From the NCBI RefSeq assembly GCF_963921235.1, contig NC_086097.1, forward strand, positions 208,198,001-208,262,000: a stretch of DNA of 64,000 bases, read 5' to 3'. The notes below the pieces were generated by a model, which was given only the letters and a program-made list of their open reading frames with translations, was not told the origin of the DNA and did not search any database. Each line of letters opens with the position of its first letter. Position 1 is the first letter of the stretch. The DNA comes from Mobula hypostoma. Its lineage: Eukaryota. Shown piece after piece: positions 49,385-62,624 of the stretch. A program made the position numbers and the translations under genes.

Positions 49385-51290
49385 TCTTAACCCTCTTATC
49401 CCCAGGATCATACTTACAACCCTCTGGACCTTCTCCAATGCCAACACATCCTTCTTTAGATAAGGGGCCCAAAACTGCTCCTCGTAGTCTAAATGTGGTC
49501 TGACCATTCTAGTCTTCTCAAGATGAGTGCCAACATTGCATCTGGCCTCCTTACTCCACCTGCAGTTAACCCTTAGGGAATTATGCACTAGGGAACAGCG
49601 ATTACACTCACTTCTGCCTCTGATTCTCTCAAATTTCTGGCATGTAGCTGGTGACCACAGTGAAGATTAACACAGAACACTTAATCAGTTCATCTGCTAT
49701 TCATTTGTTCCCTACTACAATCTCTCCAGCATCATTTTCCAATTGTTCAATGTCCAGTCTTGTCCCTCTTTTACTCTTTATGTATCTGAAAGATCTTTTG
49801 GTATCTCCTGTTATATTATTGGCTGGCTTACCTTCATTTTCTCTCTCCTTATTCCGTTCTTAGCTGCCTTCTATTAGTTTTTAAAAGCTTCCTGGTCCTC
49901 TAACTTCCTACTAAACTTTGCTAGATTAAATGCCCTTTCTTTTGCTTTTACCGGCTGTCATTGACTTCCCTAGTCTGCCATGGTTGCCTCATCCTCCATT
50001 TAGAATACTTCTTATTTGGGATGTATCTATCCGGCACCTTCCAAGTTGCTCCCAGATACTCCAGCCATTGGTGTTCTGCCATACTCCCCGCTAGGATACC
50101 CTTCCAATCAACCTTTGATCAGCTTCTCTCTTGTACCTCTGTAGTTTCCTTTACTCAACTGTAACATTGATACCTCTGTTTTTAGCTTCTCTGTCTCAAA
50201 ATGCAGGGTGAATTTTATCACAATTTATGATCACTGCCTCCTAAGGGTTCCTTTACATTAAGCTTCTTCATCAAATCTGGCTTATTACGCAACATAAATC
50301 CATATTTGTCTTTTCCCTAGTGTACTTGACCAGAAGCTGCTCAAAAAGGTTATCTCATGGGAATTCTACAATTTTCTTCCCTTGAAATCCCAGCCTTATC
50401 TTCCCAGTCTGTATGCAGTTTGAAGTCCCCCATGATTACTGTAACAGAGAAATAGCAATTAAAATTGTTGTCACTTAAAATTATCTGTGCAACTGAAGAA
50501 ACATCCAACAGCACTTCAGGAAACTAAGAACACTCTTTTGAGCCCACCTTTTAACTTGCTGGCTGTAAGCAAATAATGATGGGCAATCTTATAATGAGTG
50601 CATAGCGACTGTTGTAGAGAAATCTAGCATGGCAGGAGTCCATTTGGCTCATTGTGCCTGTACCAGCTCTACATGAGACCAGGCTAGCAGATCTCCTTCC
50701 TCTGCTATCTCCCCTTAGGCCTGAAAGGTCTTTCCTTTCAGATACATACTTAAAGTGCTACAATTACATCTGCTTTCATTTCCACTTAGCCATGCATCCC
50801 AGATAGCGACACATTGCTCTTGGCAGTTTTTGTTCTCTGGCTCATCATTTTCATTCTCCCTTGACCCCTTTGGCATTAGGAGTAGCTTCTCTCTATTTTT
50901 CAATACCTTTCCGGATTTTAAATAGCTCTATCATTCCCCCTTACAATATTCCATTCCAAGAAAGCCAGTCTAAGCTTCTCCAATCTATTGACATGACTAG
51001 AATATTCTCAGTAAACCTCGTCTGCACCTTCTCCCTAATCTTCACATCTTTCCTAAAGAATGACACTCAGAAATTGATGCAATATTCTAGTTGTAATGAT
51101 AAACTATTCATTTTACAGAGGTTCAACGGGGTTTTATTGCTTCTGTGCCGTGTACCATTATACTTAAAAGTCCAGCATCTTATTTAAGTTGCTTTCACAA
51201 GCTGCTCTGCCATCTTCAACAAATTATGTGCATTTATCCACAGATCTTTTCTTTTGCATCTCTTAAAGAATTATGCTTATTACTTTATGT
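49385..51290 (-). mobile_element. Decayed CR1 fragments
   Basis: MVRPHLDY.EQFWAPYLKKDVLALEKVQR; gaagtcccccatgatt (IMGDF) at ~50425; further decayed 3' part 50600-51290. Confidence 0.6.
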
Positions 51291-51787
51291 TAGACTGAAC
51301 TTCCTGTAAAAAGAAATAATTTTCTACAGAAGTGGTTCTATATTTTGCCTGATATTCCACTCATTTAGAATGTAAAATGCACTACAGTGCTTGCATCTAG
51401 CATGGTATTTTAAACTAAACAGAGCTGATCTGCTGACTCACTTTCCTCATTGGAGGGAGAGTAAAAGAACAGATTCTACCAATTGAACCCAGGGCTCAGA
51501 TTAGAGAGGGAATATTGCGTTATTAATCTTTGCTTTCAATTTCTTGTTCCACTCCTGTGAACCTCTTGGGTATGGAAAGCTGCAGTCTCACAGAGAATAT
51601 GGACGTCAGCCAGTTAGAATAGCCAGAAGAGTTTAAAAGGAGACAGCTTTATAGAGCTGGCGTCAGAGGAGTGGGTGACGGAGTAGAGGGAGTCGGTGTA
51701 GAAGGGCTTTGGCTCAACGTGGCTTAGGCAATAGCAGGTCGGGGCGAGGTAGTTTGCCTGTGTAGAGTACAGACAGGAAGTATGTGA

Positions 51788-52710
51788 GTGAGGCCGGTGT
51801 TCTGTGCTCGGCGTCAGATGTGGGAAGTCATGGAGTCTCCCAGCCTCCCGGATGGCCATATCTGCACCCGGTGTGTCGAGCTGCAGCTCCTAAGGGACCG
51901 TGTTAGAGAAATGGAGATACAGCTCAATGACCTTCATCTGGTCAGGGAGAGTGAGGAGGTGATAGAGAGGAGCTATAGGCAGGTAGTCACACCGGGGCCT
52001 CGAGAGACAGATAAGTGAGTAAAATTCAGGAGAAGGAAGGGCGAAAGTCAGATGCTAGAGTGTGTCCCTGTGGCTGTCCCCCTTAACAATAAGTACTCCT
52101 GTTTGAGTACTGTTGCGGGGGGGTGGTGACCTACCTGGGGGAAGCAACAGTGGCCACGCCTCTGGCACAGAGTCTGGCCCTGTGGCTCAGAAAGGTAGGG
52201 AAAGGAAGAGGATGGCAGCAGTGATAGGGACCTCTATAGTTAGGGGTCAGACAGGCGATTCTGTGGACGCAGGAAAGAAACACGGATGGTAGTTTGCCTC
52301 CCTGGTGCCAGGGTCTGGGATGTTTCTGATTGCATTCACGATATCCTGAAGTGGGAAGGACAGCAACCAGAGGTCATGGTACATATTGGTACCAATGACG
52401 TAGGTGGGAAAAGGGAGGAGGTCCTAAAAACAGACAAGGAGGTTGGAAGGAAGTTCAGAAGCAGGACCTCAAAGGTAGTAATCTCGGAATTACTGCCTGT
52501 GCCATGTGACAGTGAGTATAAGAATAGAATGAGGTGGAGAATAAATGCTTGGCAGAGGGATTGGAGCAGGGGGCAGGGATTCAGCTTTCTGGATCATTGG
52601 GACCTCTTTTCGGGCAGGTGTACAAAAAGGACAGGTAGTACTTGAATCTCTGGGGGACCAATATCCTGGCGGGGAGGTTTGCTAAGGTTATTGGGGAGAG
52701 TTTAAACTAG
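51788..52710 (+). pseudogene. CR1 ORF1 (zinc finger, leucine zipper, SGNH esterase-like), disrupted
   Basis: VFCARRQMWE...HICTRCVELQLLRDRV; VCLPGARV; VHIGTND; FLDHWD. Confidence 0.85.
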
Positions 52711-52839
52711 AATTGCTGGGGGGTGGGAACAGAACTGAAGAGATGGAGGAAGAGGCGGTTGGCTCACAACTAGAGAAATCTTGTAAACAGTGTGAGAGGG
52801 AGGATAGGTAGGTGATAGAGAAGGGACGCGATCAGACCA

Positions 52840-53915
52840 ATGGTTTGAAATATGTCTATTTTAATGCAAGGAGTATTATGAACAAAGCGGATGAGCTTAG
52901 AGCGCTGATCAGTACTTGGAGCTATGATGTTGTGGCTGTTATAGAGACTTGGATGGCTCAGGGGCAGGAATGGTTACTTCGAGTACTAGGCTTTAGTTGT
53001 TTCAGAAAGGACAGGAAGGGAGGCAAAAGAGGTGGGGGCATGGCACTGCTGATCAGAGATAGTGTCACGGCTGCAAAAAAGGAGGAAGTCATGGAAGGAT
53101 TGTCTACGGAGTCTCTGTGAGTGGAAGTTAGGAACAGGAAGGGGTCAATAACTCTACTGGGTGTTTATTATAGACTTCCCAATAGTAACAGGGACATCAA
53201 AGAGCAGATCGGGAGACAGATTCTGGAAAGGCGTAATAATAACTGGGTTGTCGTGGTGGGAGATTTTAATTTCCCAAATATTGATTGGCATCTCCCTAGA
53301 GCAAGGGGTTTAGATGGGGTGGAGTTTGTTAGGTGTGTTCAGGAAGGTTTCTTGACACAATATGTGGATATGCCTACAAGAGGAGAGGCTGTACTTGATC
53401 TGGTATTGGGAAATGAACCTGCAGGTGTCAGGTCTCTCAGTGGGAGAGCATTTTGGAGATAGTGATCACAATGCTATCTCCTTTACCATAACATTGGAGA
53501 GGGATAGGAACAGACAAGTTAGGAAAGAATTTAATTGGAGTAAGGGGAAATATGAGGCTATCAGGCAGGAACTTGGAAGCATGAATTGGGAACAGATGTT
53601 CTCAGGGAAATGTACAGAAGAAATGTGGCAAATGTTCAGGGGATATTTGCATGGAGTTCTGCATAGGTACGTTCCAATGAGTCAGAGAAAGAATAGTAGG
53701 GTACAGGAACCATGGTGTACAAAGGCTGTTGTAAATCTAGTCAAGAAGAAAAGAAAAGCTTTCAAAAGGTTCAAAACATTAGGTAATGATAGAGATCTAG
53801 AAGATTATAAGGCTAGCAGGAAGGAGCTTAAGGATGAAATTAGGAGAGCCAGTAGGGGCCATGAGAAGGCCTCAGCAGACAGGATTAAGGAAAACCCTAA
53901 GGCATTCTACAAGTA
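52840..53915 (+). pseudogene. CR1 ORF2 apurinic endonuclease and linker, disrupted
   Basis: YFNARSIMNK.DEL, IETW, GGG.ALLI, GDFNFP, LDLVL, GDSDH. Confidence 0.88.
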
Positions 53916-54582
53916 CTCAAAGCTGCTGTGTAGGTTGATTCTGTGGTTAAGAAGGCATACAGTGCATTGGCCTTCATAATCATGGGATTGTGTTTAGGAG
54001 TTGAGAGGTAATGTTGCAGCTATATAGGACCCTGGTCAGACCCCACTTGGAGTACTGTGCTCATTTCTGGTCAGCTTACTACAGAAAGGATGTGGAAAAC
54101 ATAGAAATGGTGCAGAGGAGATTTACAAGGATGTTTCCTGGATTGGGGAGCATGCCTTGTGAGGATAAGTTGAGTGAACTCGGCCTTTTCTCCTTGGAGT
54201 GACGGAGGATGAGAGGTGACCAGATAGAGGTGTATAATATGATGAGAGGCATGGATCGTGTGGATAGTTAGGGGCTTTTTCCCAGGGCTGAAATGGCTAA
54301 CACAAGAGGGCACGGTTTTAAGGTGCTTGGAAGCAGGTACAGAGGAGATGTCAGGGGTAAGGTTTTTACGCAGAATGATGAGTGTGTGGAATGGGTTGCC
54401 AGCAATGGTGGTGGAGGCGGATACGATAGGGTCCTTTAAGAGACTCCTGGACAGCTACATGGAGCTTAGAAAAATAGAGGGCTATGGGTAACCCCAGATA
54501 ATTTCTAAGGTAGGGACACGTTTGCACGGCTTTTTGGGCCGAAGGGCCTGTATTGTGCTGCAGGTTTTCTATGTTTCTATGT

Positions 54583-56790
54583 ATAGCACAAGAACAGGCC
54601 CTTCAGCTGAAAATGCTGTGCCAAAGTAATTAAATTAGTAATCAAATACCCAAATAAACTAATCCCGACACAATGTCCGTATCGTTCCATTTCCTACACA
54701 TTTATGTGCCTATCTAATAGCCTGTTGAACATCTCTGTTGTATTTCCCTCCACCACTACCTCAGGCAACCCTGGCACCCACACACTTCATGTAAAATAAC
54801 AACTTCTTCTTTGAACTTACACCTTATATGCATGCCCTCTGATATTAGACATCCTGACCCTAGGAAAAAGATTCTGTCTGTCTACTCCATCTCTGTCTCC
54901 CATAATCTTACAAACCTCTGTCAGGTCTCTGTTCAGTCTCTGCTGTTCCAGAGGAAACAATCCAGGTTTATCCAACCGCTCCTTACAGTACATGCCCTCC
55001 AATCCAGACAGCACCCTGATAAACCTCTTCTGTAACCTCTTGAAAGCCTCCACATCCTTCCTGTAATGGGGCAAACAGAAATACATACAATACTCCAATT
55101 CTTGCGCTCAGTTCCTCAACTAATAAAGGCAAACATACCATCTGCTTTTAACCACCCCATCAACCTTGGTAGCACCCTCAGAGAGTTGTGGACATTCCCT
55201 CTGGGCATCAAAATACTAAGGGTCTTGCAATTAACAGTGTACTGTTCATTTACATTTGATCTCCCAAAGTGCAACAGTTCATAGTTATCTGGGTTACACT
55301 CCATCTACCATTCTCTGCCCATACCTACAACTGATCTGTATCCCACTATCTACTTGGGTAGTCTTCTACAGTGTCCACAGAACAACCAATCTTCATAACA
55401 TCTGAAAACCTACTAACCTGCCCCTCAATGCTTTCAGCCGGGTCATTTATATATTTATATCAAAGTTCAAAATGCAGGTCGATGGTAGTAGACGGTTTTA
55501 AATGTTTGGCGCAGACTAGATGGGCTGAAGGGCTTGTTTCTTTGCTGTACTCATCTATTCCTCTATGACTTTAAATTCATGATCAAACTATATGTATATA
55601 CTACCCCGAGATTCATTTTTGTGCAGGCAGTCGCCAGAGAAGTACAATAGAATCAATGAAAAAATACACACAACGACTGACAAATGTGCAAAAAGAAGAC
55701 AAGTCTGGACAAATAATAAAAATATGAGTATGCAAATAAATAATATTGAGAACATGAGTCGCAGAATCCTGGAAGGTGAGTCCATAGGATGTGGAGTGAG
55801 TTCAGAGTTGAGGTGAGTGAAGTTATATGCGCTGGTTCAGGAGCCTGATGGTTGAAGGGTAATAATAGTTCCTGAACCTTACAAATCATATATGTATTTA
55901 TATATTATACAGCATTGTATTATATATTATGTACAGTATTTATAAATATATATATTTCGAACACCAAAGGTCCTAGTTCAGATTACTGTAGAAGACCACT
56001 ACTAATGGACTTCCAGCCAGAAGTCCCATCAACTACTACCTCTTCCTTCTATGAGCAAGCCAATTCTGAATCCAAATGGCCAATTCACCATGGATCCCAT
56101 GCATCTTAACCCTTTGAATCAATTCCCATGAGGGACCTTGTCAAACATCTTACTAAAATCCATGTAGACAATACCTTCTTCGGTCACCTTTGTCATCTCC
56201 TCAAAAATCTCAGTCAAGTTAGTAAGCCACTTGCCCAACACAAGGCCCAGCATCCGCATCACTCAATAACCTGGGGTATATCCCATTAGGACCTGGTGAT
56301 ATCCACCTTAATATTCTTTAAGGGAACAAACATTACCCCTTTCTTTATTTTGTAATGCCCTAACAAATTAGTATGATCCAGATGGATCTGTCTATTGGTC
56401 ACATCCTTCTCTTTGGTAAATACGGATGCAAAGTATTTATTTAGGAACAACAGGAATTCTGCAGATGCTGGAAATTCAAGCAACACACATCAAAATTGCT
56501 GGTAAACGCAGCAGGCCAGGCAGCATCTCTAGGAGGAGGTACAGTCGACGTTTCAGTGACAAAGGGTCTCGGCCTGAAACGTCGACTGTACCTCCTCCTA
56601 GAGATGCTGCCTGGCCTGCTGCGTTTACCAGCAATTTTGATATGTGTTGCTATTCATTTAGGACCTTGTCTATATTCTCCTTCCTTTATTCTTGGTTTAA
56701 ACACATGCTCCCTCCTTTATCCTTAGGTGGACCTACCCACTCCCTAGTTATCCTCATGCTCTTGATGTATGTATGGAATGCATTCTCACT
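54583..56790 (-). mobile_element. Older CR1 fragments with nested SINE tail, Rex 3' end (~55570-55880) and Penelope hairpin
   Basis: MEYCMYFCLPHYRKDVEA; LLHFGRSN; LNKYFASVFTKEKD; EWVGPPKDKGGSMC. Confidence 0.7.
56446..56650. mobile_element. Palindromic Penelope-derived mini-insertion
   Basis: 77-bp inverted arms (56480-56556, 56574-56650; one mismatch) around a 17-nt loop; TSD tatttatttagg/tattcatttagg. Confidence 0.92.
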
Positions 56791-56794
56791 GTCG

Positions 56795-57290
56795 GATGGT
56801 CTGGATTCAATCCTGATCTCCAGTGCTACCCCTGTGGAGTTTGACTGTGTGAGTTGCCTACAGGTGTTCAGGGTTTTTTTTTCCCACTTTCCAAGCAATT
56901 ATGGATCAATAGTTTATTGGCTGTTAAATTGCCCTTAGGGTAAGTAGGAGGGTAGTAGAATCTGAGGGAATTGAGGTAAATGTGAAGAGAATAAAGTTAG
57001 TATTTGATGCTCACAAAGCATGCTGGAAATCTAGAGTAACACACACAAAATGCTGGAGGAAGCAGCAGGTCAGGCAGTACCTAAGGAGACCCTTCATCAG
57101 GACTGGAAAGGCTGGTTTCTTCTCCCTTTCTTTCCAGTCCTGATGAAGAGTTTTAACCTAAAAGGTCAACTCTATTATTTTCCATTGATGCTGCCTAACC
57201 TGCCTGCTGAGGTTCTCTACTAGTATTTTATGCGTGGACTTGATGCTCATCGCTGTGGTTAAGTGAAGCCTGTTTCTGTTCTGTAAAACT
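56795..57290 (+). mobile_element. HE1/V-SINE-like SINE interrupted by an older inverted Penelope repeat pair (~57017-57238)
   Basis: B-box-like ggattcaatcc, V-core-like body and CR1-like tail. Insert has cttcatcaggactggaaag...ctttccagtcctgatgaag inverted repeat. Confidence 0.6.
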
Positions 57291-60200
57291 CCATTATTTT
57301 ACGTGTGACCGTGACCTAAAGTATACCAGCTAGTGACAGACAGCCTCCGGTGCAGAGCCTCACAATCCCAGAATGCAGATTTTTTAAAAAACATAATTAG
57401 GTGCATTTTCCAGAATTTTAGTGAATTTATTTGTCTGCTTGCTCTTCAGCGACGCTAGCTTTCTATCATGCCTTGATTTCACAACTCTTACCGTTTCAAA
57501 ATGCACGGCTGGAAGGATAGGGAGATGAAGGCAGGTACGTCGATAAGAAAACAAGACAAGGCAGAAACAAGATAAGCAGAAAGAGAGAACGTATATTAAA
57601 GATAATCTTAATTCTAGATAAGATCCTAAACATATCCAATAAATTAATGAGCAATTCGGATTTGCCTATTGATGCGTTGAGACTCGGAAGAATTGGTGGC
57701 ATTAATATGTAGTGATCCCACAGTTCACTTTGATTGGTACTGTTGACAAGAAATGAAATCTAATAGGTCAGGCACCATCTGTGCAGGGAAAATCAGATCC
57801 CTGTAACTCTGCTTCTCTTTCCATGGATGCTAACTGATCTACTGAGTACAGAATTTTGTGTTTTCTTTTAGATTCCCAACTTCCTTGTTTTTGTTTTGGA
57901 TAAGAAAAGTCTTACCTGGTCATGGTGAGAGAGGGAAAATGGAAGGCGTATATAATAAACCTGTTGGGCTTTATTGCATGTTTGTGTACATTACAATGTT
58001 AACGCCTGGTAGAAGAGCCCTGCGCACAGTGCACGTTTCTGATCAAATAATAAACCATGAAAATCTGCTGTAATACGCTGATGATTAGAATGGTTTTGGT
58101 GTTTTGCGGAGAACAGCCGGTGATTTAGGTGAGGCAGCTATTTTGCTTCCCAATACTCCAGTTCCATTCAGCATTAATAACGACCAATGATCAAAAGGCG
58201 CTGCCAGGCAACCGGTCGGCAGCACCTTGTCCCTGTATTTTTTGATATGAGATTTCTAAATCCAAACAAATAGCAATTCCTCTGTTGGAGACGCTGGCCA
58301 TTGGTCACTGAGAACTTCAATCTGATTAACCCCTAATTAACTGATTTAAAAGAAAATTAAAATGCATCCTTCCCGGCCTCCTGTACAATGCCGCGTTCAT
58401 TTCCACACTGCCGTTTTACGCCAGAATGTGTTTAGAAATAAAATGTTGATAAATCATTATTGATTGATCGCCCAGCTGTTGCAATATTGACATATAGCTG
58501 AGGCTCGAATAGGTAATGTGTTCACTGGGCAGATACGGAAAGGCTCCTTGGGTATGTACCGTGATGTTGTTCGCTTCTGCTGAAGACTAAGGGGAGGTGG
58601 GAGGAACAGCTTTCTCTGGATATGGCGAATTCGCAGGCAATAACGCTCTCTCTTGTCCGATTTCTCCATCGACGCATTATTGCCGGACGATCTAGCTTTC
58701 CCGTGGTGCCGTCGCCACTCTAAAATATTTTCTTTAAAAAGGAAAGATACCTTTCGGGAGTGGTACCCCGTGTTCATTGACACAGACGGGTAAACGTAAA
58801 GAAAAATCCATAAGCTTAAGCCAATTCATGTAGTGAGCGCTTTCGCCGAGTAATACAGTGTCGACCAAACCAGAGGTGAGTGCAGAATTAGACTCCTTTT
58901 TCCTGAACTATTTTTGGCATCGTTTATTGTATGAACTTATATTAATTTTTAATATTTAAGAAACTGCTACCAATAATATAGGATCTGCCAGTGATTTTGT
59001 ATTTCATGGTTTATACAATGATTAGGTCTGACTCGTTATTTGATTTGATATTTGTTTGCTGTTCTATATGGGATTGCAACTCCTATGATGTTAACTTTAT
59101 AGCATGAATTGTGCGTATATTTTCTTATTAATGGGGAAAAAAAGAGTCATACACAGACTGACACAATAGACAGCAGGTTAGTATATTGGCTAGAGGGTCC
59201 CAGGCTAGGTTTTGCGGTATCTTGCAACAGCGGACAGCGGTGGGGATGGGGGGGGGGTGAGGGTTCCATCTCGGCCAACTCAAGAAAGAGAAGTGTGTTA
59301 TTTGTGTTTCTAGTTATTTTTATTCCGCCAAGGGAACATCCGGTTATTTTAGGTTCATTATTTTTGTCATGGCAATCGCCTTCGGAGTCCCCCTCATCGT
59401 CCATTTTAAGACTGCCAAGTGCTCACCTTCTCTCTAATGCCGTGGACCACTTGCCTCTAATTTCAATTACAAGTCCTCTGATATCTGGTAGTGCTGTCAT
59501 GATTTCTCAGTTTCGATTTGACAAATGAGTGAAAGGTTGTCATCAAATTAAAAATCCTGCAGTAAAAGGCAGACACCAGGCGCCTGCTCTGTTTTGTGTA
59601 ATGCTGCGGAGCTCTCCGTAGAAAATGGCAGGGAGGATCCAGTGAAGCAGTTATTTTGATTTTGGGGAGGAAGCAACATAAAACAAAACGTGACAATAGA
59701 ACGGGATCTCGCCGCACAAACCAAACTGTGCGATAGGTTTCGGCTGTTACCAGGTTCTAAATATAAATAATCACAATTTATTCGATTCTGTCCACAGTTA
59801 AGCATCTCCCCTTAGACAGCTGTTTAAATATGAACAGATCGTTTAATAATAAACTAGGCTCTTCGTTTTCAAATACAGTTGGTCTTTGAGATTCAATGCA
59901 TGTTTGTTTATGCTTGTGTGAAAGCTGATTTCATCTGGCAATAGATCGGGAAGAACTTGATGAAAATTGCTGCTTCAAGTTTCCACATAGCGCCTGACTT
60001 CAAAATATCTGCACTGACATCTCAAAGATGCATTGTACACTGTTGGGAATCTAAGGAGAATTGGGCATAACTTAAGAGAGATGCAATGTGCGGCTTCCAG
60101 GAGCATGTCACGGGGAGCCCACTACTGCGAGGATCCCCGAGTGCAGTTGGAGCAATGTGTATTGGGCGCTATGGCATTCACGGTTCATTTGTCATTTTAT

Positions 60201-60379
60201 TCCCTGACTCGATAGCCGGTTTTACAGAGAGCCAGTTAGGTTTGCGGAAACATTCCGCGTTTTAGTTTACAAGCTGTGGCTTGCATTGCCACAACAAGCA
60301 AAAAATGCGTGAAGAAGGAAGAAATAAAATCTCGAAAACGGATTTTGGACCATAAGGGGATTTTTACTGTAAAATCCCA

Positions 60380-60840
60380 GCGTTTTTATCAGTAACCAGC
60401 CGCACGCATGCGCAGGCGTTGCCAGTGAGCGGCCCTGGGTGAGGATCCCACTGGAATCGGCTGGGAGGGTGGTGGAGATCGTCTGCGGCTCACCAGATTG
60501 ATGCTCGGACCGTAAGTACCTCCTGCACTGCCCGCACACACCACACAAACCGGGGATACCACTAAAAGCCGCGCCTTGTATATCTGAAGATTGAGTGTGA
60601 GGGGAGGAGAGGGTGGGGACCGCGCGGAATCCTTTTCGACTCTGGGCTCCCCTGGACGCTGCCCAGCCTGGGAAGAGGAGGAGGCAACGGGGCAGCATCT
60701 CTCTCTCCATATTACAACGGAGGGGGGCACGGAGACAAAGTCTGTGCCGTTCCCTTGTCCTTGGGGACCCCCTGAGTTCAGGCATCAGTGGGGTGCAGTC
60801 TACAGCGTGGGGCTCCCACACTGCATGTGGCACCGCTGAA
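60380..60840 (+). promoter_or_regulatory. CpG-rich promoter core with NRF1-like site
   Basis: Dense CpG/GC island within a TE-poor block; cacgcatgcgca at 60403-60414; strong donor GTAAGT ~100 bp downstream. Confidence 0.65.
60420..60511 (+). other. Candidate first exon (probably 5' UTR) of an unidentified gene
   Basis: Ends at acc|GTAAGT (60512); start unknown, placed just after the NRF1-like site. Confidence 0.5.
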
Positions 60841-62483
60841 CTTGGTGAAAGATGATCCCCAGTTTTATTGATGCTGATCCTGATGCTTGTTAACGAATGT
60901 GTGCTCAACTGGGAATATTGGAGTCACTCAGGCGGGGTTTTTCCTTGTTGCATTGGAGGGAAAGCCCCTTTTTAGAGCATCTGTCCACCAAGTAATATCA
61001 ATGGCCTCTCCAGCCTTGGGTGGCGAGCAGCAATTTCCCGTTTTAGGGAGAAAAAAACGAGGCGCAGTTTCCTCGGATCTGTGAATTCAAGTGGTTACAT
61101 CATCTCAACCCTGTCCCCCTCCTCTCCTGCTGCAATATTACAAGTATTCTAAACGCTCTCTTGCATTAGGTACTTTACACTTGCGGAGGGGAAGCGTATC
61201 TGTGGGAAACGAGGGAACACTGATATCCCCTGTTCTTCGGTTAGCGCACCTTGTCGAATAGAACAATTTTATCATTTCGGACGTAGCTTAACTTCTCATT
61301 TAATTGTAGTTGCGGCCAATTCGTACAGGGAATCTGCACCCACCGAAAATGTAACTTCAATTGCGGTAAAAATCCCAGCAGTTTATACCGGGGAGGAGTA
61401 TTTTGTGATTGCTCATGCGAGCCTTCATATCGCCCATTCATTATAACATTGTTATGTGTCCAGTGTGCGCATTTAAAGCATTTGATTCGAGTGCTGAAAT
61501 GGCATAATGTAACGCAGAACAAAACGTTACATGTGGCTCTTGCATTTGGTCCCTCGAAGTAATCTGGAGATTGTGTACAATGCTAAAGTCACACGCCGTG
61601 AAACCGGGGCTGAGACTTGACGGGCAACTTTCCGAGGATTGGGAGGCCGTTGTCAGGTAGAATTGTAGCCTGTAGTTTAGAAAGGTTATGGTATCTTTTC
61701 GGCGACACTAGAATATTGGAAAAGACGAAACAATCCTATTATCATTTCTTCTTTGACATAATTAAAACTAGAACATTGGTAAATTAGCACAACAGACAAA
61801 ATTAAACAATGAACAAGAGAAAATCCAAGCAACAGACTGAATCCATGTATGTAGGAATGTATAAATGTGCCTTTTCTCCCAAAATTGAAGTTTTCTTTGT
61901 ACTTTAGCGCCTATACATAAATCGGTTTCCAAATGTGTTGCCACAGTAATCAGTAAGCTAAAACAGTTAAGTAGAATCGGTTGAAACATAGGATTGCTTT
62001 GACCATCAGAAAGGGTTATGGATTTCGTGGAAGAGATTATTGCACAAGGTAATACCGTGCAGCCTATAATTCCCTCACTCAGGGGTTGGAAAATATTTTC
62101 TTTTAATTAACTCTATCAAACGATAAAATAAAATTCATAAGAATTGTAATTTTTAAATTATAATTGAATAACAATTTTACTAATGAACTCATTTTAATCT
62201 GGCCCATTTAGTACCTCATTCTAAAGCAGTCAACTATCGCTAAAGTATCAAGGGAAATGGGGATTATGTAATTAATATGCTGTGAATTTTACAATATATT
62301 CATGCCCTGTAGGCTACAAGAGCATTCATATAATCATAACCTAATAAATAATGAATTGTACTTCACCCATTTGACATTATATTTATAAATGTAGGTGAAA
62401 TATATTATTAATTTTAAAGGTGTGACTGATGAAGAAGAACAGCCATCTTCACACCATTTTTTGTTTGCCTGTTTCATTTTCAG

Positions 62484-62593
62484 AGATCTCTGGCCCATTG
62501 ATCTTTGTCAGCAGAATACTAAGAGAGTGCATTTTTAGCTAACCAGTTTAATGTGTTGGGTTGGGATAATTTTTTTTAAATAAAGAAAATAAG
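62484..62593 (+). other. Candidate internal non-coding exon (110 nt)
   Basis: Polypyrimidine tract and acceptor ttgtttgcctgtttcattttcAG; donor aag|GTAAGA. Confidence 0.5.
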
Positions 62594-62624
62594 GTAAGAT
62601 AAAGTTGCTGTTACAGATGGATGT

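Larger units (their letters stand above)
51620..54582 (+). mobile_element. CR1 (subfamily A) with 5' UTR, ORF1 and endonuclease but RT core deleted
   Basis: ORF1 zinc-finger/coiled-coil and esterase, APE domain, then an abrupt join at 53915/53916 to the post-RT 3' region; (TTCTATGT)n tail. 5' boundary approximate. Confidence 0.92.

Noticed and set aside
60267..60908. 213-aa minus ORF and overlapping ORFs in the CpG island
   Set aside because: No recognisable domain; long ORFs in several frames are expected in GC-rich sequence.
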